Shown here in pieces: positions 11,992 to 25,481 of a stretch of 64,000 nucleotides of DNA (positions within the stretch are counted from its first letter, which is position 1; the number at the start of each line of letters is the position of its first letter). The translations under genes were made by a program, and so were the position numbers. Origin of the DNA: Octopus vulgaris (taxonomy: Eukaryota); NCBI GenBank assembly GCA_951406725.2, contig OX597824.1, positions 47,368,001-47,432,000 of the forward strand, read 5' to 3'. Below the pieces are notes generated by a model. It had not been told where the DNA came from and did not search any database. It saw only the letters and a list, made by a program, of their open reading frames with translations.

Positions 11992-12338
11992 TTTGCTTTG
12001 ATCCAAGTTAATGTATTGGTTACTCTAACTTGTTACACTAACATGTTGCTGACTAATCAAGAAATATCCAATAGGGATGAAAACAAATAAATAAAACATG
12101 AAATTATATATTTTAAATAATAATTAAGATTGGTGAGTTGGCTGAATGTCATGTATTACTTAGTTTCTTGCTTTTATATTTTGAGTTCAAATCTTTCTGG
12201 GATTGATTTGCCTTTCATTCCTCTAGGACCGAAAAATAACTACCATTAATATATTCCAGTCAATTCCATCAACTGTACCTTCTCCCCAGTTAAAAAGATA
12301 AACAGCTTCCTGTCTTTTAAAAAAAAAATCACTATTAA

Positions 12339-12560
12339 CCCTTTTGATGCCAAGCTGCCAGAGACCACCCTTGGTTCTATGATACAAATTTCTTGTTTTA
12401 AAATGATCTAAATCGAAACTTCCTATCAAAATTCTGTATTAATTTATGTTCCAAACAGTAGCTTAATAATGACAAAGATATTTTACTACATTCTTCATTA
12501 TTTTCAAAATCAGTTTGAAACAAAGGCAGCATAGTTTAGCAGAAATATGCTAACAAAGGG
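12339..12560. mobile_element. TTAA-flanked MITE (piggyBac-like ends), family A
   Basis: TTAA|CCCTTT ... AAAGGG|TTAA; an inverted related copy lies at 14556-14764. Confidence 0.75.
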
Positions 12561-12683
12561 TTAATAAAGATAAATTAAAATTAAATAAATCTAATTTCAA
12601 CATTTTAAAATATCTTTTAAGCATATTATTTGTTGGCCACCAGTTATTGGAGTGGCAAAAATAGTAGAACACTAAAATAAATT

Positions 12684-12939
12684 TACATTGTTTACATTTG
12701 ACGGATATTTGTCCTCATCTTGTTTGTTATTAACACAATGTTTCGGCTGATATACCCTCCAGCCTTCATCAGGTGTCTTGGGGAAATTTTGAACCTAGGT
12801 TCTTATTCCATAGGTATTTTTCGGTGTTATTATTATTTATTATTATTATTCACCTGATGAAGGCTAGAGGGTATATCATCCGAAATGTGTTAACAACAAA
12901 CAAGATGAGGACAAATATCCATCAAATGTAAATAATGTA
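12684..12939. repeat. Inverted repeat (~90-bp arms) with hammerhead-like core, probable Penelope terminal-repeat relic
   Basis: 12684-12775 is the reverse complement of 12851-12939; the arms carry CTGATGA-A-GGCTG..CAGCC-GAAA (stem intact in the left arm, mismatched in the right). Confidence 0.8.
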
Positions 12940-13907
12940 CATAATTCCTCATCTCTTAAATATATTAACTAAATACTTACTTCTGCAATCTTAATTCAAA
13001 TTCTTTCAGTATTCATTTTGCCTTCCACCTTTCTGGGGGTCAATAAATAGTTACTATGCATGAAAAGAGATTGATTCAATTGGCTATAGTCATCAACTAC
13101 AAATTTATGGGCTAGTATCAATGAAAGAAATTGTTAATCTTTGGTCAGAAATTGTTTTTATTATATCAAATTACCACATGCCTGTATTTAGACAGGAATC
13201 CCTGTGCATGTACAATTCTCCATTGGCCTACTGGTAGATTTATAAAACAAAGAATGACTTGAACATCCTCACCACAATCTTTATTATTAAAGTTTAACAA
13301 ATGACTTTGTCCTCTCCCATGACAAACAGTCATTTGTAGAACTCATTTGGATTCTATTGACATTAATTACTACATCTCAGCCAAAGTGAAAAAACAAAAA
13401 ACAAAAAAGAGTGAAAAAAAAGCAGTAACATCTTTGAGAATCAAGAGCTATTTCTGACTTTTGATCACATGACTATAAATAATAATGAACTATTTTTTTT
13501 ACTATTATTCTTTTTACTTTTTATCAAATTAATTTAAACTTTTTTCAATGATCATGCAAGCAGTAATCAAAACCAATTACAGACCTGGCAAACAAGCAAA
13601 CAATTATGAAAATCACTGGAGTTAATGGTCTGTAATTTGTTATAAGAATTAATTTTGTTAATATTTCTCAAAATTTAATTGTTGAAATTTCTCTTTTTTC
13701 TTTTTCTCTTTATGAACGTCTACAGTTTTTATTTATTTATTTGTTTGTTTTTAATATATAAGGCACAATTTTATCATGCATGAATCTGACAGTCTTATTG
13801 TGTCCCAGGCAATGTTGGCAAATTCTTAAGTGCTATCTTTAGGCCATGGTTTGCAATACACAAGATTACTGTCTACTACAACCACTACTTCTACTAATAC
13901 CACTATA

Positions 13908-13940
<33 letters not shown>

Positions 13941-14555
13941 TCCTTTATTGGCTACATCAATGAAAAAGGCATTTAGAACAGCAAGGATTTACATATACAA
14001 AGGACAGTGGGGATTTAGATATACATGTGTAAACAATAAAACAATAATTGAAATAATGTTGATGATGATTTCTCGTTGACACCAAACCACAAATTAACAA
14101 GAGAACCAAGTGACAGAATCAGTCACAGTTTATATCTGGTTTGTAGACTGAATACTGGTGTAATTTTAATTCAGAATCTCGTGGATTTAACTGAGGTGTT
14201 TTGTTCGGTATTCAACTGTATATACCATTCCAGTGCTTTTTAGAAAATTATAATTATGAAAATAATTGACTCTAACATAAGCACAAAGCCATACATTTTA
14301 GGGGAAGGATATAGCTGAATAAATATATCTCCTTGACAATCATTCATTCTTTTGAAAAGTATAAGTTGATCCTGCAGGATTTGAACTTCAGAATGTAACT
14401 AAGGATTGAAAATAAATACTGCAAGATATTTTCTCCACTTCTCTGCTTATTCTGCCATTTCACTGGCCTCCAAAACTATAATGATGGTTCTAATTGCAAA
14501 TAATAATGGAGTTTTATTACAAAACCATCAGCAAAAACCTTTATCAGAAATTTAA

Positions 14556-14764
14556 CACTTTCATTACCATATATCTGTTGAAATACTCTGCCTTTGTTAA
14601 AATTGATTTTGAAAATAACAAACATTTTAGTAAAATAACTTACCCCTAATTAAGCTTATTTTTGGAACATAAATGAACATGAAATTTTTATGGAAGGTTT
14701 TAAATTAAATCCCTTTAAAACATCAAGTTTGTATCATGAATCATATTGGTTGTTACCAAGAGGG
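14556..14764. mobile_element. TTAA-flanked MITE, family A (opposite orientation)
   Basis: Reverse-complement similarity to 12339-12560, with TTAA on both sides. Confidence 0.7.
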
Positions 14765-17286
14765 TTAAAGATTCTTTGTTAAAAAGTTTTGTTTTTTGAA
14801 AATGAAACAAAGTATAAGAATTTTTTTCAAAGATCAATGAAATCTTATTTTTATTTTATTATTTTTTGAGAAACTGAGAAATCTTTAAAAACTGGCTTTA
14901 TTGAGTAACTCGTGAGTACAGTATTTACAATATTATTAGCTTTAATAAATCTGTTATCCATATAAATATACTCAAGGCTTTAAGTTTTGAACCAAGCACA
15001 GTAACTGTGCCTGGTTCAGGTACAGTTACTGTGCAATTTCAATTTATTGCAATTCTTCTGACCTAGAGAACCTTTCTGTATATCTTCCACCTAATGAATT
15101 ATGCTGGAATAGATGATTTTAGAGATTCTGCATTCATTTAGCATACATAATATTCAACATTTTCAATGTGAAAAAATAAAAAAAATTTTAAGATTATGGT
15201 CCTGCTAGAAATTCGAAATTTCACAAGTCTTTATGTAACATCAGTCGATTAGTTACACTGCTTTCACATATTCCCATGATTCTCTGTCAGCATTTAATTC
15301 CATTATTATAAATTTGCATTGGGGGCTTGAGTCATAGTGGATCTTTCATTGGTTGGTTACACAACCATGGGCACTGCTTCTATAGATGCATTTCAGTTAC
15401 TCTCTTGATAGAGCTTGGTGATCCTGGCTCTTGATCTAGGATTCCTCTGCTCAGCTTCAGTGTAAGAAGCACCAATGGCTAAGTTGAGCTCTTCTGTTAC
15501 CTCTTCGCTATCCGCCATGCTGCAGTCCCATGACTTCATCATATCTCTGGCTGAATGGGTGCTTTGCCTTGTTAAAGGGCAAACCATAACTATGTAACTT
15601 ATGTAACTTAGAAAATGTAAAATTTCCTTAAATAAAGAAATCATTAATATCATTAGTATTTAATCATAGATTAGGTAGTAAGATATTTGAGAATCAGACT
15701 AAATGTCATAATGTGTATAGTTTCCTTGTTCCCAGTTTTGAGTTCAAAATAGAACCAGGCAGCTTGATATAAAGACTATTAAGTACCCTACTCCAAGAAA
15801 TGATGGAAAATCTGAAGCAGATGTGAAACTGAAAGCTGAAATTATGAATCTCTTACAAACTTCCAATATCTCAACACTAATGAAGTAACCTGCTATTTTA
15901 TGGAATAATGAGATATGAAAATATCTTTTGTAATGAACTATGTGTAGTCCTGATTGACTAAATGGATAGTATATTGGCCTACCTGCTGACGTACTATGAG
16001 TTCAAATCTGCTGTAGGTAATTCATGTTTCTAGAAAGATTGGTTTCATCCACCTATTTGTGAGAAATTGGTACTGGATCATCTGGATATGTAAATGTTCT
16101 TTATGATAGACTAGTACTTTATTCATGGGAGGATTTTTTTCTGTCATCCATTCAATGTCATGAAACCAAAGCTAAACATTGGCTTCTTAAAAGTCTAACA
16201 GAAATTAGGGTGTATTTGCATTTGACAATGATACAGAGAAGATTGATATTGTTGCTGAGACAATCAGTAAACATAAATGTGTGTGCATGTGTGCTTAAAT
16301 AATGTGTGTGTGTGTGTGAAGCAGAAACAAAGTGGCTGAGTATAGAAGCAAATTACTATCTCATAGAAATTAGTTCTCTCCCAGAGCAGTCATTTTTTTT
16401 TTAGTATATTTTGGCTGTACAGTTAATTTAAGCTGTTCATATAGCTATCAGGAATAGGTATGACATCTTTTGGTTATGTTATATGCAGTAGACTAGTATT
16501 ACATTCAGAGAGATCTATCTCATGCACATAACACAATAAAAATTGAAACTTAGTACCAGTTCTGAAAAGTTTTTGCAACTTAGAAGACTGATATGTTTAT
16601 TTTAAGGTGGTATACCAACCTAATTCACTTTTTATCACCCAAAACTTATCAAATAACCCAGAGTAATTAGTTAGGAGTATCTCGTTATTTTACACCAACT
16701 TTGTCAAAGAAACCTGCTTTAATATGGGTAAGATAGCACTTATAGCAAGCATCAACATGTAGGGACTGAGCTCACAGAGAACTGTCTCTGCAGTCAAGGT
16801 TTTATTCCCAATTGCAGCTATTTCACTTTTCTAATATCTTTTAGAAATCTTATGAGTTACAAATCCCATCCTCCCACTTACTCCTGAATTAAATGGAGCA
16901 GACAATCTATATATTATTATATATATCTGACCTCAGAAGACAAAATAATTGCCATTATTTATTGCACTGGTGCATGTGGTATAACATTGTTGAATTATCA
17001 AAATAATATGCATGTGTGCATGTACTTCTGTTCATGTGATCATGTGCACGGGCATGCAGCATTGTAAACAAACAACAAACTACATATCGTTTATATGGTA
17101 TTTCTACTGCATACAAATAGCTGCACTAACATTTGATATCTGTCTACAACTAGGTGGCCTTAGCCATTGAAAGTTAAGTAACTTGGTCATGGATGTAGAA
17201 TAGAATGAACGACAATCTTTTCAGTAATATACCAACATGCTTCAGTTTGTTGACCAGATGCTAATTTTCTTCCTTTATATTACTCT

Positions 17287-17326
<40 letters not shown>

Positions 17327-17469
17327 ACATCTGTTATTATAAAATGTTTTTGATCAGAAAGTGAATGTGTAATCTGTGTATATAAACAATGTAAATACAG
17401 TTTTTGTGGTTTTGACATGATGGTGCTGGTGGCAGCGGCGGTGGCGATGATGATGATGACTTTGAGGAT

Positions 17470-18095
17470 GAGGATATTTGCTGTAGCCCATCTTTTACAC
17501 AAAAGAAAAACATGTACATGTTAACACTTCCAACCAATTAAGATCAGAAGCCATGAGAGCCATTGCCTGATGTTGCATGAGAGCAACATAATAATAAATG
17601 CTCTGAGGCAATACCAGGTAGTGGCCCACATGGCTTCTGATTTTAACTGACTGGAAATGTTAACATGTACATGTATTTTTTTTTGGAGGGGTCAGGGAGT
17701 TCCTGTAAAAAATGGGCTACAGCAAATATTCTGGTCAATACCACAGATTTGCTTGCCATCTGCTTGGCTCTAACCACTTCAGCATGTTCTTTAGCAGCTG
17801 ACAATATGTGCATCTTTGATCATGAGCAGGAGTAGTAGGGAAGCATCATAGCCATGTGCTGAGAGGAATTCTTTGAGGTTTGAATAATTCATCTTTGGAA
17901 ACATGGGTGTGTCATTCATTATCCTTATTCAGGGACCTTTTGAACAAAGATGGGCTCCAGGACCTGAAGAAAATTATAACTGGGCCCCACCTGCAAGATC
18001 ATGTGCTGTTTATCTTGATATGAGGTCGTCATGTTGCACACATATGGACGTATGCATGTACTGGTGTACCCTTATCATACAGGTAGTCATGATGG
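17470..18095. repeat. Dispersed repeat, two pieces tail to tail; same family as 40625-41150
   Basis: 17598-18095 is the reverse complement of 40625-41150, and 17470-17585 repeats its 3' end in the + orientation. Confidence 0.7.
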
Positions 18096-18479
18096 ATCAA
18101 CCCTGAAAGGATGAAAGGCAAAGTCAACCCCAGCAGAATAGTAATAATAATGATGATAATAATAATGATCATCTGAAGTGGCTGCAAATGGAAAATTCTG
18201 ATGACACTAATGTATTTTTTTATCATAGAATACATAAACAAGCAGGGTGCTGAGGATAATCAAATAATAATAGGGAGTTAGTAAATTCCCAAAATATAGA
18301 ATGAGTGTGTGATTTGAAAAAAAAAGCTGATCAGTGGACATTGAAACAAAAAACAATGAGAGTTAATAAAATCTTGATGTACATAAGAACAAACAACATG
18401 ATAGAGATCAATAGGCTTATCTAGATAGCTAGTTAAGTTTGTAGAGAACTTGGGACTGAAAGTCAATGAAAGGACAAAT

Positions 18480-20390
18480 AGTGCAAGAAATCCACAAACA
18501 AAGACCCTGTGATAGAAAAGAAGAGTATTGAGAGATATTAGCTTGTTGGTGGTATCAATATTGGAAGAAAGTAAAAAATAAGCTTAGGAATGTGTATAAA
18601 TATGGCAGACTGAAGGAAAGGTATGGTATTGACAGAAAAGGGCTGGATTTTGTTATTAAGGAACTAAAACACTGCATTTTGACTAAATGAGGCAAAATAA
18701 TAAGATATTATCAAAGAGTGAAGCAGTATAGGTAAAATAGATTATTCCAAATTGACCAGAAGAAATTTTATGAAGAAATAGATGAAGAAATCACACACAA
18801 AAGAGCTGTGCCAAAAGCAGAAGAAAATTGTGTATTTTGGAGCAAGATATGGAGTAAAGAAGAATAGCATAAAGCATAATACTGACACTGAGTGGCTACA
18901 AAAGCTGAATGAACTTGTTTTGTATCTGCAAGAAGAAATTAGATTTGTAAAAGAAAATGTGTGACAAGTAAGAAGATGAGTAACTGGAAAGCAGCTGAAC
19001 CTCATAATATTCAGGGGTATTAGGTAAAGAAGCTGACAAGGTGCCATAAAAGAATTAGCAAAACAGTTTAATGCACTGATCAACAGACACGTAAAGATCT
19101 CTGAATGGATAACTACTGGATAAACATTACTGCATTTAAAGGATTTTCCAGATGGGAATACTGTGAATAATTACAAACCCATATCATACTTCCTATTAAT
19201 GTGGAAACTGCTCACTGGAATAATTGCTGATGAAATTCTCCCCATTGTGCAGAAGGGTTGTAAATGGAAATGAGAAGGAACTAAAGACCTGCTGCTCATA
19301 GATAAGATTGTAATGGAAGACTAAGCAAAGGAAAACAAATTTAGCAATGGCCTGGATAGATTATCACAAGACCTATGGTATGATAATACATTCATGGATC
19401 ATTAAATGATTGAACATGTTTGAAATTGAAGAATGTTGAGAGCTTTTTGAGAAAAAGCATAGAAAATTGGAAGACAGAGTTCACATATGGACAGAACCTT
19501 GGAACTTTAAGAATCAAGAGAGGGGTTTTTGAAGGAAAAAGTGTTTTGTGCATGATTATTTTAACATTGTTGTAGAGGAAAGTATCATCTGGATATGAGT
19601 TTAAAGGAAAGCAGCAAAAGATCCAAGTCTGTATTTTATGAATGATCCCAAGCTGTACAGTAAGGATTAAGCTCAAGTCATCTCATTAACGAACACAATT
19701 CATTGCTTTAGTAAAGACATCAAAGTGGAATTTAGTCTCAAAAAATGTAGAGTAATATTCTTGACGAGGGGGAAAGTCAACAGGCTTAGGAATTAGCATT
19801 AGGAAAATCATGAAAAAGATTGATGATACACAGTATAAAATACCTTGGAGATAAATGAAGTGATGGAAAAGCTTTATGCAAGCATATCTCCAAACAGACT
19901 GGTGCTGCAATTAAAGCTAAATGGAAGAAATAAGCTTCAAGCAATCACTACATGAGCAATTGCAATATTGAAGCATGATACAAGTCTTATTGGTTGGGGG
20001 AAAGAGGAGTAACAGAGGTGATACTGAAAATTGTAATAGCTACTCACAATGCATGGAGCATTCCCCACCAAGAGCAATATTAACAGGCTATATCCAATCA
20101 TGCACAAAGACAAGCATGAAAGCTCTATATGTTCAGAAGAAAATAGTTTGGAGTAGTAAAGAGTGCCTTAGGACACTGATTCAGGTGAAAATTTCTGGTA
20201 AAGATGCTTGCATGGAGACAAAGGAAGGAAAAAAAGAAAGAGCAAAGAAGACAGAAGAAAATGAAATGTAACATGAACGACCAGTTTGCTAGAGAGGTGA
20301 CTAAGGAAGAGCGTCTAAAGCCAGAGATAGAAGCATTTATCTGTACTGCAAATAAATGGACAAATTATGACAATTAGGACAAATTATACC
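18480..20390 (+). mobile_element. Heavily decayed Dong/R4-like (RLE) non-LTR retrotransposon
   Basis: Broken-frame motifs NYKPI..LMWKLLTGIIADE, QKGCK, GTKDLLLIDK, NLAMAWIDY and LKPEIEAFICTA; many stops; boundaries approximate. Confidence 0.7.
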
Positions 20391-21162
20391 AATAACAGCA
20401 ATAATAATAATAATAATGGGCTTATTGTAAACAGTGCTCAGATGCACTACAATTCATTAGAAAAGAGCAAAAGAAGGGACAGTCTGTTTCAATAGGTTTA
20501 ATATATTATTAGTGTCAAAATAAGTTTACTTACTGAAAAGAATAGTTCAGAAACAGATTTTGCACAGCTACTATATAAATTAGACGTTCCTTTATTTAAT
20601 AAATATTTTATGGTCACATAGGCAAGAACCAATCAGAGAGAGAGGTAGAGAACTTTTGCTTGCTTTTATTTAATCAGCACAAACGTGTTACAGATTTACC
20701 TCCCTTGCAATAAAAAAAAAAAGCAAGCCCGTCAGACTACTTTCTTCTGATTCAAGTACTGTAAAATACTACTTCTTGCTTCTTTCACTGCTTCATTTTC
20801 AAAACACCAATTATAAAAACCTAAAGAAGCAGCCTACAACTTCTCTGAGCTGTAATTTTTCTAGTGCCAAGATTCCAAGAATGAAAACTGTCTATTCTAT
20901 ATTAACTGTATTTCAGAGGTCAAACAGTTCCCCTTCTATGGATTGTCCCCGTAAGTTTCAAGAACCCATGGCATCAAGTTATCAATATGTACCATGAGGT
21001 GGTTCAGATGTCTACTTTAAGAAGAAAAGGAAAAAAATGGAGCTGTCAGATTTATTATCAATCAAATTGTTTATATACTCCAAATCACAATGTCTTATGT
21101 TACTGAGTCTTTAAATGGTAGTAATCATCATCCTCATCATTATTGTTATTATTATTAAAGAA

Positions 21163-21346
21163 GGCGCGAGCAGGCAGAATCATTAGCATGCCAGGCAAAA
21201 TGTTTAGTGGTATTTCATCTGTCTTCACATTCTGAGAGTCCATAAAATAAGTATCAGTTGAGTACTGGAGGAGTTGATGTAGTTGGCTTACCCCTCCCCC
21301 AAAATTTCAGGCCTTGTGCCTATAGTAGAAAGGATTATTATTATTG

Positions 21347-21398
<52 letters not shown>

Positions 21399-21632
21399 CA
21401 TTATTATTATTATTATTAAGGCAGTGAGCAGGCAGAATCGTTAGCACGCCAAGTGAAATGCTTATGGTGTATTTAATTCTTCTTTACATTCTTAGTTCAT
21501 TTCCACCGGGATCAACTTTGCATTTCATCCTTTCAGGGTCGATAAATTAAGCACCAGTGAAACACTGGGATCGATGTAATCGACTGGTCCCCCTTTCGAA
21601 AATTTCAGACTTTGTTTCTATAGTTGAAAGAA
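21163..21632 (+). mobile_element. Two tandem tRNA-derived SINEs separated by (ATT)n
   Basis: Both begin GGCxGxGAGCAGGCAGAATCxTTAGCA and end with gtgcctatagtagaaag-like sequence plus an (ATT)n tail. Other copies lie near 11560-11770 (-), 27445-27650 (-), 41163-41385 (+) and 59790-60007 (-). Confidence 0.75.
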
Positions 21633-24600
21633 TTATTATTATTATTATTATTACCTTGTGCCAAAATTTGAATTTGTTATTGTTACATTGTTTTATATGA
21701 ACTGTTCCAAGTCTCACCCAGACTTAGCCTCAAAAAACAGTAAGTTAGATATTCTCCTGTGGGTGTTATTTATGAATAGCCATGAAAGGAGACCAAATAC
21801 TGACAATTAAGATTCTGTTAAAACTGTTTGAAGTTTGTTGTAATATTTGTGATTTTAAAAGATTAAAATATTCTCAGGCTGGTAGATTGTTTTCTTTCTT
21901 TTTTTTTTTGTATTTCGGTTTTTTAGGATATGCTACATGAGAATAATTTTTTGTAGGTCTGATACTTTTGGGTTTCCTGGCAGTTGATCATAGTATTGAA
22001 TAGCACCATTTGATATTATCCCCCAAACTCCAATGATTACAAGTCCAGTTGTCTTTCTTAGATCCTACATTTTGAGACCTCTATTTTGAAGTCCTTTCAC
22101 AAAGATGTTGCAGTCTGCTGTGATTCAAATATCTATGAGCAGACATGTTTTGTCAATATGATTTCCCCCACAGTATCTGGTTTATTGACCTGAATAGCTA
22201 ACCAATTTTAATACCAAAATCTCCAGTAGTGTTTTTTCTAAATCCCAGGAGAGATTGATCCATCTGTACAATAACATTATATATGACTCTAGGAAATTCT
22301 TTCCTGGTTGTTAAATGGAGTATCCCAGATTATTATCATTATTTCTAGTATTAAATGATAATATTTCATAGTATTGTGTATTTTATGGATTTCTAACATC
22401 ATAGTATATGATGTATACCAGAGTTGCAAGAAATGCTTTGCTATTCGGTTTTTTGTATGATGTATACCAGAGTTGCAAGAAATGCTTTGCTATTCGGTTT
22501 TTTTTTTGCGGGGGGGCGGTTGTCATTTGTAAACATATATCTGGGGGCTGTTTTTATATGATGGTGGACTGGCAGAATTGTTAGAGCATTGGGGAAAATG
22601 TTTAGTGATATTTCTTCTAGATCTTTACATTCTAAGTTCAAATTCTACCGTGGCCAACTTTGCCTTTTATCCCTCCAGGGATACATAAGCAGATAACTCT
22701 GCTTCACATTCACTGAATTGAAACAGAGGTATCAACTTGGATATTTGCAGGAAAACATGGCATTGATCTAATCATATAATTACCTATATACACATGCACA
22801 TGTGCACATTCATTCACACACACACATATAGATATGTATATATATATGATATGATATAATTTTTAATGAGCTGGTTATTTTCTTTATTTCACTTTGTCAC
22901 TTTACCTTTGTTCAAATATTAGTCATATTGGATATTCTTAACTCACTGGTTTTGGTATATTTCTTAATTTTATTTTCTCATACATATGTCCAACACAGTA
23001 TATATTAAGTCCACTGAATTTGAGACTGCTTGTACTCTTAGGAACAGATTTTATTTGTCTGTGAAATTTCTATGGTGACAGTATATATTGACTGAACCAC
23101 ACACACACACACACATATATGAAGTGTGTGATCATCTGATTAGGGAATCCACAATTCAAAAGAGAACTTAATACATTTGTCATGTAAATTATATATACTT
23201 TATTGTGAGGAAGTAGAAAACACAGCTAGTGGGAATAGAAAGAGAGGAAAATGAATAAATTTAAAAGGAGTAACTTACTATACAAAGCAATTTTACTGAA
23301 AATAAATGATGAGTGAATTGGAGTTGGTATGTTAGTGTCAGATATAGGCTACAACTTAAACATGGCTACCCCAACTGGTAAAATTTTCTTCACTTAATAA
23401 CACTTCCTACAATAACATGCTTTTTACAAAACTTTTAATTTAAATTCTAATAATATCTCATGCCACAACATCAAATTTATTCAACAATATAGTTTTTTTT
23501 ATCAAATTTGCAAAGCCAAACTAAATCAGATATAACCATACCTCTACCAACTGCAACTGCACTATCTCCATTAACTACCCTCTATCACTAACACCACCAC
23601 CAGTACCACCACATAAACTCTGATTGCTTAGCTGAGGATATTATGTATCAATGTATTGTACATCCTGCCATTCCAACCACTGTGTATATATTAGTCTCAC
23701 AACCAAACATTTCAAAATCTGGTACCAGCAGCATACACATTCCTTCTGTAACCCAGCTAGATATAATCATTTATTTCTTAGCTTGAAAACTGAGCAGGAT
23801 TAATTATTCTGGACGTACATGTGATTTTCCCCTTCATTTCTTAATTACTTTATCTTAATTTGTAAGAATTTTAATTAACTCCCTTTATACTTTATTTTAT
23901 TTATCAAGAGGTTTTTTTTACTAAAACCTATTAAAAATACTAAATTAATTCTTCTAAATCCAATATTCTAGGAGTTTTTTGTTTACTTTTTTTTTTAAAT
24001 TTCTTCTAATGAAATATTAAGCCATAGAATTTTACATTCTTTTTTTAAAATTATAGCAAACAGCCTTTTATATTTCTATTTTACCTTGAAAAGTAGTTTT
24101 GTAACTTAGAATTCAAATACCGTAGTGAACAAGAAATAAATCTTTATTGAACATTTATTAAACCACTGCAACAAATTTGATTATTCTTAATTGAAAATTG
24201 AGTAGCATAAATTAATCTTCCTCTGTCAATATTGAGCAAAAGTGAGCCTTATTGGGTTTAAACTTAGAATATAAAACTAAAGGTACGTAATCTGGTGTAT
24301 GACTTGTTTTTATTGCACCAAAGCAGTCCTTTTAACACAGATAATTAAATAAAATTTGCAAAAATTAAATAAAAACAATTATAATTTAAGTCAACCATTA
24401 CCTGTGAACAGGAATGGTATGGTAACATGTACCATACTTTCACTAAGTTTTAGGTACCTATGTAATTGTGAGTAAATAGACACTCTTTCATCTCTCCCAT
24501 ACTTTGACTCAGTGGCACATCCAGGGTGTGACAACTGGAGAGAGCTACAGCTGCACTTGGCTGGTACTCATTTTCAGCTGAATAAACTGGAGCAAAGTGA

Positions 24601-25436
24601 AATGAAGTACCTTGCTCAAGGGATACCATGGGCTACCCAGTTCAGGAATTGAACCCCTGATAGTATGATCATAAGCCAAATACTCTATTAGACCACATAC
24701 CTTCACGACTACAACAACAATAATACTAATAATAATAGACATGCCTCCTGTATCTGAGAGTATCTTTGGAAACATTTGGCTGTGGTTACTGCTCTCCTTT
24801 TTGAACAAACTTTTAAAAAATACCCAAAAGTTCATCTGTCTTTCCCTTTAAGCATGTACATACACTAATCTGCAACTTCTGTTCATCCAAAGTGCAACTG
24901 TTTAATCAAAATACTGAAGTTACATTTTACTATAAGATGTTCATGTACCTAGTTCCCACTGCATTATACACTAAACTCTATTACTACCTTTTTAACTATA
25001 TTGCAGAGGAATCTCTTGACAGTTTGCCCCGGAGTGTGAATTCAAGCGAAAGTGATTCAGAAATAAAGGTGGAGGTTATTGAGAAGTAAATTCTAAATAT
25101 ATTTGTTACTCATTGGATCAAAAAAAAAAAAAAAAACAGAAAACCTATGGTCATGTACTCACCAGTGCCCCCATATTAATATATTTATTTAATTTTTTTT
25201 TTATATATATATTTCTCATTCAGTTTCCTCTTTTTGATTTACATCCATCATATTTCTTGTAACCCCCTCACACATACATGCAGTTACATACTGATAGATT
25301 TTCATGTGAGAGTGTGTGTGTATACATGCATATCATGATCAATGGGGTCTGGTGTGGCCCCTGACCGTAACAGCTCTGGTCAAACTGTCCAACCCATGCC
25401 AGCATGGAGAACGGACATTAAATGATGATGATAATC

Positions 25437-25481
<45 letters not shown>

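Noticed and set aside
16229-16243. GATACAGAGAAGATT, a 15-nt match to the U6 core
   Set aside because: The flanks do not extend the match, so it is too short to call.
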